A DNA stretch of 61,330 nucleotides from an uncultured Clostridia bacterium (GTDB taxonomy: Bacteria; Aerophobota; Aerophobia; Aerophobales; B3-G15): assembly GCA_964482715.1 (NCBI GenBank), contig CAYZYX010000004.1:1-61330 (forward strand), in the 5' to 3' direction. Shown here in pieces: positions 55,442 through 61,330 of this stretch (position 1 is the first letter of the stretch; each line of letters begins with the position of its first letter). A program made the translations under genes and the position numbers. The notes below the pieces were generated by a model that ran no database searches, was not told the origin of the DNA, and saw nothing but the letters and a program-made list of their open reading frames with translations.

Positions 55442-55771
55442 CTATTTTAATTCTTTCCAGAGTTTTTTGGCTTCACTTAGTATATATTTGATAACCTTTT
55501 CTTTTTTTTCCTCTACTTTTTTTTGCAGGTTTTCTCTCTCTTTTTGAGCCGCCTGCCTTATCTTTTTGATGTTTTCTTCCGTGGCAAGATCTATTTTTTC
55601 TTTATACTTCTCTATTTCCCTTTTCGCTTCTGCTTCTGCCTCTTTTAGTATTTTTTCAGCCTCTCTTCCCGCCTCTTCTAAATTTCTCTCTTTCTCCAGG
55701 GCTGCTTTTTTTAAAGTCTCCTCAGCTTCCCGCTCCTTATCCTGTATTTTCTTCAGGGCATCTTGAGACAT
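55442..55771 (-). CDS. V/A-type ATP synthase peripheral stalk subunit H/G
   Basis: Charged coiled-coil 109-aa protein immediately upstream of subunit I. Confidence 0.75.
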   Translation of the reverse strand: MSQDALKKIQDKEREAEETLKKAALEKERNLEEAGREAEKILKEAEAEAKREIEKYKEKIDLATEENIKKIRQAAQKERENLQKKVEEKKEKVIKYILSEAKKLWKELK

Positions 55772-56241
55772 TTTTCCTCTCCAAATCTTACTAACTTTAC
55801 TTTTGCCTCGGTTAGCATCTTAACCGCCAAAGCATCAGGATAACTGCCCTTAAAAATAACTTTGGTTATTCCAGCATTAATTATCATTTTACTGCAGGTT
55901 ACACAGGGTTGATGGGTACAGTAAAGGATAGAATTTTTTATCCCAATTCCATGAAGTGCTGCCTGAATTATAGCATTTTGTTCGGCATGTAGTCCTCTGC
56001 ATATCTCCTGTCTCTCTCCTGAAGGTATATTCAACTTTTCTCGCAGACATCCAATTTGGGAGCAATGAGGTAATCCTTGAGGTGGACCGTTATAACCGGT
56101 GCAAAGGATCCTTTTATCTCTTACCAGCACAGCTCCCACCTTTCTCCGGAGGCACGTTGACCTTTTGGCTACCAGTTCCGCTATTTGCATAAAATACTCA
56201 TCCCAGCCGGGTCTTTGATCGTGATTTAATTTAGTTTCCAA
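55753..56241 (-). CDS. dCMP deaminase family protein
   Basis: 'RPGWDEYFM', '[11 protein letters not shown]', 'HAEQNAI', 'PCVTC'. Confidence 0.93.
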   Translation of the reverse strand: METKLNHDQRPGWDEYFMQIAELVAKRSTCLRRKVGAVLVRDKRILCTGYNGPPQGLPHCSQIGCLREKLNIPSGERQEICRGLHAEQNAIIQAALHGIGIKNSILYCTHQPCVTCSKMIINAGITKVIFKGSYPDALAVKMLTEAKVKLVRFGEEKCLKMP

Positions 56242-57316
56242 TGAGTCGCTCCAGTATTTTTGGTATTTCAGCCTCTATTTCCTGACAGGTTTTTTCGTAA
56301 GAGCTTTCATCTCCACCAGCAGGATCCAGAATGTCCTCCTCCTTTCCTCTGGTAAATTCCCTGAGCGTCCATATCTTCATCGCTGCTCCAGGGCTGAGTT
56401 TTATCAGGTGTTGAACATGTTTTTTTTCCATGGTGAGCACAAGATCTGATTGTTCAATGAGATTACTTTCAGCCAGAGTGCTTCTATGGGAGCTTACATC
56501 AATTCCTCTTTTTCTTAAAACCCTTTGAGTAAAAGTAGAAGCAGGCGAAAAACCAGAAGCAAAGATACCCGCGGAATTTACCTCTATTTTTTCCTGATAC
56601 TTTGAGGGTAACATTTTTTTAAAAAGCGCCTCAGCCATGACGCTCCTGCAGGTATTCCCTGAACAGACAAAGGTAACCTTCAGCTTTTCCTTTAGCGCTT
56701 TGTTTATTTCACTGCTGGTTATATAGCCTTCTCTTACGGTCTGAGGAGAAGAAGTGGTAACATCCACTATAGTAGATTCTTTCCCCAGGGGAGTTTCTCC
56801 AGCATCGATTAAAGCGTCCAATCCATTTTTTATCTCGGGAGATAACCTTTCAGGTGAAGTTATGGACATTTCTCCAGATAAATTAGCACTTGTGGTGGCA
56901 AGAGAGATTTTCCCTCTTTCACAGATTGTTCTAAGAAGAGTGTGAGCAGGAATCCTGACTCCAATTTTTCCTTCTTCTCCTGTCAACCACCATGGTTCTC
57001 TAAGACTGGTCTTAAATAAAATGGTTAAAGGTCCAGGCCAGAATTTACCTATTAATTTAATCCCGGAAAGGGAAATTTTACAGGTTAAATTGGTTAATTC
57101 TTTTTTATTTTCAGGAAAAATTATCAGTGGTTTTTGCCGGGATCTTTTCTTAAGATTGTATATTCGAGTAACTGCCTCTTCATTTTCAGCATGAGATGCT
57201 AAGCCATAAACAGTATCTGTGGGGATGCAAATTACCCCTCCTTCACGCAAAATTTCAATAATTTTGTCTACCTGTCCCGGATTTTTCGCCAATGAATCAA
57301 CTTTAATGGTCAGCAT
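56231..57316 (-). CDS. tsaC: Threonylcarbamoyl-AMP synthase fused to a low-molecular-weight protein Arg/Tyr phosphatase (YwlC-YwlE-like)
   Basis: N-terminal 'PTDTVYGL', 'FWPGPLT', 'TSANLSG'; C-terminal '[10 protein letters not shown]' P-loop and 'I.DP.G'. Confidence 0.9.
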   Translation of the reverse strand: MLTIKVDSLAKNPGQVDKIIEILREGGVICIPTDTVYGLASHAENEEAVTRIYNLKKRSRQKPLIIFPENKKELTNLTCKISLSGIKLIGKFWPGPLTILFKTSLREPWWLTGEEGKIGVRIPAHTLLRTICERGKISLATTSANLSGEMSITSPERLSPEIKNGLDALIDAGETPLGKESTIVDVTTSSPQTVREGYITSSEINKALKEKLKVTFVCSGNTCRSVMAEALFKKMLPSKYQEKIEVNSAGIFASGFSPASTFTQRVLRKRGIDVSSHRSTLAESNLIEQSDLVLTMEKKHVQHLIKLSPGAAMKIWTLREFTRGKEEDILDPAGGDESSYEKTCQEIEAEIPKILERLIGN

Positions 57317-57317
57317 T

Positions 57318-58574
57318 TCATTCTCTTATCTGTCCATCTCCCAAAATAATGAATTTACGTGAAGTAAGTTCGCCTACACTCATAGGACCTCTGGCATGGA
57401 GCTTCTGGGTGGAGATCCCAATTTCCGCTCCCATTCCAAATTCTCCCCCATCGGTAAACCTGGTAGAAGCATTCACATAAACGGCAGCAGAGTCTACCTC
57501 TTGAAGAAATTTTTTAGCTTTACTGTAGTTTTTTGTCACTATGGCGTCAGAATGATGCGAGCCATAAAAATTTATGTGCCAAATAGCTTCATCCAGTCCA
57601 TCCACTACTTTCACAGAAAGGATAAGATCAAGATACTCACAGAACCAGTCCTCTTCTGTAGCAGGTTTCACATCAGGGACAATCCTTCTGACCTCTTCAT
57701 CTCCTCTTATTTCTACACCCCCTTCCCGAAATTTTCGTATCATGGCTGGAAGAAATGTTGAGGCTATTTTTTTATCTACCAGAAGAGTTTCCATGGCATT
57801 GCAGACTCCCGGACGTTGGACTTTTGCGTTAAAACAGATTTTTTCCGCCATGGCAAGATCAGCTTCAGCATCAACAAAAACATGACAGACCCCTTTATAA
57901 TGTTTTATAACCGGTATGATGGAGTTTTCCGTAACTGTCCGAATAAGACTTTCCCCACCTCTCGGAATAATTACGTCAATGTAATCATCAAGCCTGAGCA
58001 TTTCCTTTACCGCTTCACGGGAAGTGGTTCTTATAAGTTGAACGGAAAAGACAGGAACTTTGGTTTTACTCAGTGCAGAGCTTATAATATCTACCAGGAC
58101 GCAGTTTGAATTGATGGCTTCAGATCCACCCCGGAGTATTACAGCATTTCCGGCCTTAAGACAAAGACCGGCAGCATCAACGGTAACATTAGGTCTTGAT
58201 TCATAGATGATGCCAATTACCCCCAGAGGAACGACCATTTTTCCTATTAAAAGTCCATTTGGTCTTCTCCACATGCTTTCTATTTTGCCTATAGGATCTT
58301 CCAGGGAAGCTATTTCTCTTAAACCTTTGGAAAGCTGGACTATTCTTTTGTCATTTAAAGTTAGTCTATCTATAAGGGCAGCAGAAAGACCTTTTTCTTT
58401 CGCCTGCCTGATATCTTTTTGATTTTCTTCCTTTATTTTTTTGCTTTCTCTTTCCAGCTCAGACGCAATCTTCTCAAGAGCCTGGTTTTTTTCATCTGAA
58501 GAAAGACTGGCAACTACCTGCGCCGCCTCTTTGGCCTTCTTTCCCATACTTAAAATTTCCTCTTTTATACTCAT
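57318..58574 (-). CDS. proA: Gamma-glutamyl phosphate reductase
   Basis: '[10 protein letters not shown]', 'CNAMET', '[30 protein letters not shown]'. Confidence 0.97.
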   Translation of the reverse strand: MSIKEEILSMGKKAKEAAQVVASLSSDEKNQALEKIASELERESKKIKEENQKDIRQAKEKGLSAALIDRLTLNDKRIVQLSKGLREIASLEDPIGKIESMWRRPNGLLIGKMVVPLGVIGIIYESRPNVTVDAAGLCLKAGNAVILRGGSEAINSNCVLVDIISSALSKTKVPVFSVQLIRTTSREAVKEMLRLDDYIDVIIPRGGESLIRTVTENSIIPVIKHYKGVCHVFVDAEADLAMAEKICFNAKVQRPGVCNAMETLLVDKKIASTFLPAMIRKFREGGVEIRGDEEVRRIVPDVKPATEEDWFCEYLDLILSVKVVDGLDEAIWHINFYGSHHSDAIVTKNYSKAKKFLQEVDSAAVYVNASTRFTDGGEFGMGAEIGISTQKLHARGPMSVGELTSRKFIILGDGQIRE

Positions 58575-58674
58575 ATCTACTCCTTACAGGATTAGTAACT
58601 TCTTCTAATTTTAATTTGCTCGTCCTCAAAAGTCAAGAAAACCTCTTTTTGATAAAAACTTTCTTTTACATTAC

Positions 58675-58702
58675 TTGTCAATTTAATTGCTTATAGTATA
58701 CT
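58675..58702 (+). promoter_or_regulatory. Putative sigma70 promoter of hflKC
   Basis: TTGTCA-16 nt-TATACT. Confidence 0.55.
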
Positions 58703-58745
58703 GGAGTTAGTATAAATTAATTAAATAAGAAGAGGAGATTAGGCT

Positions 58746-59711
58746 ATGGAAGAAGATCTGGATTTTAAAGTTAATCCTCCCTGGCCTCCCTTTCGAAAAT
58801 GGTATGGATTGATAATCCTTGGAATTGTGGTGCTTGTTATTTTATTTTCCACTTTTTACGCCGTAGGACCGGAAGAGGTTGGAGTTATCAAGAGGTTCGG
58901 TAGATATGTGAGAATGACAGACCCGGGGCTACATGTTAAGATTCCTTTTGCCGAGACGGTTACCAGAGTTAAGGTAAAACGCATCTTCAAGGAAGAGTTT
59001 GGTTTCAGGACTCTTCGGCCGGGAGTAAAGACCCTTTATGCTCCAGAAAAATGGGAGGACGAATCTTTGATATTAACCGGTGATTTAAATGTAGCTGTAG
59101 TGGAGTGGATTGTTCAATATAAAATTGTGGATCCCTACAATTATCTTTTTAAAGTTCGAGATGTTCAAAAGACCATCAGAGATATGGCTGAATCTGCTGT
59201 GCGCCTTGTGGTTGGGGACAGAAGTGTAGACGAGGTATTGACTGTAGGTCGAATGGAAGTAGCAACTGAGGCTCAAAAAAAACTTCAGGAAATACTCGAC
59301 TTTTACCAGACAGGAATTAAGATAGTGACTTTAAAGTTAAAAGACGTTAACCCACCAGATCCAGTAAAGCCATCATTTAATGAGGTAAATGAAGCACGAC
59401 AGGATAGGGAGAGATTCATAAATGAAGCCTGGCGGGCTTACAACAAGGTCATCCCTAAGGCCAAGGGAGAAGCAGAAAAAATAATAGCTGAGGCTGAAGG
59501 TTACGCTATTAACCGTGTAAATCGAGCTAAAGGAGAGGCTGAGAGATTCCTGGCTTTGTGGTCGGAGTATAAAAAAGTTCCAGAGGTCACTCGAAGGAGA
59601 CTTTATTTGGAAACATTGGCCAAGGTGCTACCTCAAGTTGGTAAAGTATATGTGGTAGATTCGGAGCAGAAGACCATCTTACCACTTCTTTCTCTGGAGG
59701 GTGAAAAATGA
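58746..59711 (+). CDS. hflK: FtsH modulator HflK
   Basis: N-terminal TM plus SPFH domain; 'LTGDLN', 'VIPKAKGEA', 'VTRRRLYLET'. Confidence 0.93.
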   Translation: MEEDLDFKVNPPWPPFRKWYGLIILGIVVLVILFSTFYAVGPEEVGVIKRFGRYVRMTDPGLHVKIPFAETVTRVKVKRIFKEEFGFRTLRPGVKTLYAPEKWEDESLILTGDLNVAVVEWIVQYKIVDPYNYLFKVRDVQKTIRDMAESAVRLVVGDRSVDEVLTVGRMEVATEAQKKLQEILDFYQTGIKIVTLKLKDVNPPDPVKPSFNEVNEARQDRERFINEAWRAYNKVIPKAKGEAEKIIAEAEGYAINRVNRAKGEAERFLALWSEYKKVPEVTRRRLYLETLAKVLPQVGKVYVVDSEQKTILPLLSLEGEK

Positions 59712-60655
59712 GAATAGAAAAATGGGTGGCCCTGGGAGTGGTGATCATAATCGGGTTGGTGGTTTTAAGTAGCGCCCTTTATATAGTTGATGAGACTCAA
59801 CAGGTTGTCATAACTGAATTTGGTCAGCCAGTAGGAAAGCCAATTACTCGAGCCGGCCTTTACATAAAAAAGCCTTTTATTCAGAAGGTGAATTATTTCG
59901 AGAAAAGACTGCTTACCTGGGATGGGAGTCCTACTCAGATTCCCACGGGGGACAAAAAATATATCTGGGTTGATACTACAGCTCGCTGGAAAATTGTGGA
60001 TCCTCTTAAATTTCTGCAATCGGTGGGAAATGAAAGAGGAGCTCATGCACGACTTGATGACATAATAGACTCTGCAACCAGAGATAGAATTACAGCATAT
60101 TCTCTGTATGAGATAGTGAGAAATTCCAATCGTGAATTTGTTAGCACTGAGATCTTTATTCAAAAAGAAGAAGAAATTAAAGAGGTAAAAAAGGGAAGAG
60201 AGCATATTTCTCGCGAGATTCTTAAGGAAGCAGCTAAAATTGTTCCCCAGTACGGAATTGAACTGGTAGATGTCCGCATAAAGAGGCTTAACTATGTGGA
60301 AGCGGTGAGGGAAAAGGTTTACACCAGAATGATTTCTGAAAGAAAAAGGGTGGCTGAACAGTACCGTTCAGAAGGAGAGGGTAAAAAAGCGGAAATAGAA
60401 GGGATGAGAGAAAAAGAATTGCAGAAAATTACCTCTGAAGCCTATAGAAAAGCACAGATTATAAAAGGCCAGGCTGATGCAGAAGCAATAAAAATATATG
60501 CTCAGGCTTATTCTAAAGACCCTGATTTTTACTCCTTTCTGAAAACTTTAGAAACCTATGAAAAGACCTTAACCGAAAAAGATACTCTGATACTTACCAC
60601 TGATAGTGAAATTTATCGCTACCTGAAGGGTGTTTTACCTGGTGAGAAAAAATAG
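59708..60655 (+). CDS. hflC: FtsH modulator HflC
   Basis: TM plus SPFH domain; 'DVRIKR', 'RMISER...A..YRSEG', 'DPDFY.F.K.LE.Y'. Confidence 0.93.
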   Translation: MRIEKWVALGVVIIIGLVVLSSALYIVDETQQVVITEFGQPVGKPITRAGLYIKKPFIQKVNYFEKRLLTWDGSPTQIPTGDKKYIWVDTTARWKIVDPLKFLQSVGNERGAHARLDDIIDSATRDRITAYSLYEIVRNSNREFVSTEIFIQKEEEIKEVKKGREHISREILKEAAKIVPQYGIELVDVRIKRLNYVEAVREKVYTRMISERKRVAEQYRSEGEGKKAEIEGMREKELQKITSEAYRKAQIIKGQADAEAIKIYAQAYSKDPDFYSFLKTLETYEKTLTEKDTLILTTDSEIYRYLKGVLPGEKK

Positions 60656-60700
60656 TGAGTAATTTAATATCAATAAGGTAAAAAATAAGGAGAGGACGAA

Positions 60701-61330
60701 ATGGCGGTTAAAATCACCTGGTTGGGTCATGCCAGTTTTAAGATTGAAGGTGAAGAAGGCCTTACGATTTACCTTGATCCCTGGAAAATAAAGGCTAAAG
60801 ATGAGGCTGATTTGATTTTTATCTCTCACTCACATTATGATCACCTTTCACCTGACGATGTGAATAGAATCCAGGGTAAGGCAACCACTATTCTGGTTCC
60901 CACCGATGGAGTGGGGAAGCTTCGAGGTGAAGTTCGAGCAGTAAAACCGGGTGACAGTCTTTCTTTAAAAGGAATAAATGTACGAGCTGTTCCTGCCTAT
61001 AATTTAAATAAGCCTTACCACCCCAAGGAAAATGGATGGGTAGGATATTTTTTTGAAGTAGAGACAATTTCGATTTATCATGCCGGGGATACCGATTTTG
61101 TTCCTGAGATGAATGATTTAAAACCATCGGTAGCCCTTTTACCTATTGGTGGGACTTACACTATGGATGTGGAAAATGCTCTGGCAGCCGTTGAAGCCAT
61201 AAAACCCAGAATGATTATCCCGATGCACTTTGGGGATATTGTGGGCACCTTGAATGATGCAAAAAGATTTGCCGAAAAGTGTCCCGTCGAAGTAAGAATA
61301 CTTGGCAAGGGTGAAAGTATAAGTGTAAAA
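60701..61330 (+). CDS. MBL-fold metallo-hydrolase (3'-partial)
   Basis: SD AGGAG; 'ITWLGHASF..E....YLDP', 'SHSHYDH', 'YHAGDT', 'LPIGG.YTM', 'IPMHF'; no stop before the window end, so absent from the ORF track. Confidence 0.9.
   Translation, partial: MAVKITWLGHASFKIEGEEGLTIYLDPWKIKAKDEADLIFISHSHYDHLSPDDVNRIQGKATTILVPTDGVGKLRGEVRAVKPGDSLSLKGINVRAVPAYNLNKPYHPKENGWVGYFFEVETISIYHAGDTDFVPEMNDLKPSVALLPIGGTYTMDVENALAAVEAIKPRMIIPMHFGDIVGTLNDAKRFAEKCPVEVRILGKGESISVK

Noticed and set aside
60635-61127. Two minus-strand ORFs at the right end
   Set aside because: Antisense to the MBL hydrolase starting at 60701.
1-61330. CRISPR array, rRNA, intact transposase or prophage; the many short nested or antisense ORFs in the track
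   Set aside because: No repeat-spacer periodicity, rRNA-like sequence, or transposase/phage motifs seen. The nested ORFs lie within well-supported genes and lack motifs or RBSs.

Overview
This 61.3-kb bacterial window looks like a metagenome scaffold: it is AT-rich and has three 100-N gaps (1548-1647, 4973-5072, 18606-18705). Two PorV-like beta-barrels and an MsbA-like exporter suggest a diderm organism, yet it also carries Bacillota-type genes (mtrB/TRAP, a YwlC-YwlE fusion). A candidate phylum such as Aerophobetes is plausible but unverified. Layout: (1) 1-10.9 kb has two very large Ig-repeat surface proteins with near-matching T9SS-type/FlgD-Ig C-terminal tails, flanking a PorV-like gene and a decayed MntA-HepT/SatD insert; (2) Uma2, panD, def and an Lrp-domain gene; (3) a ~12-kb glycogen cluster (glgC, glgA, galT remnant, GH57, malQ, glgB) with several pseudogenes and a dead tyrosine integrase, bracketed by a degenerate 5' half of tRNA-Gln and the intact tRNA-Gln, which suggests an old, domesticated island; (4) thiL, gap-pgk-tpiA-secG, alr; (5) mtrB, a TRAP-type NAG-repeat leader with a terminator, and trpEGDCFBA, with a second NAG array before trpD; (6) M42 peptidase, a second PorV-like gene, trxB, a GT2/ParB-like/SPL-like radical SAM trio, msbA-like, nadK, xseAB, two V/A-ATPase subunits, a TsaC-phosphatase fusion, proA, hflKC and a partial MBL hydrolase. 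The best leads are the TRAP attenuation system, the tRNA-Gln glycogen island, the T9SS-like CTD/PorV locus and the GT2-ParB-radical SAM module. All calls come from motif recognition by eye; no searches were run.
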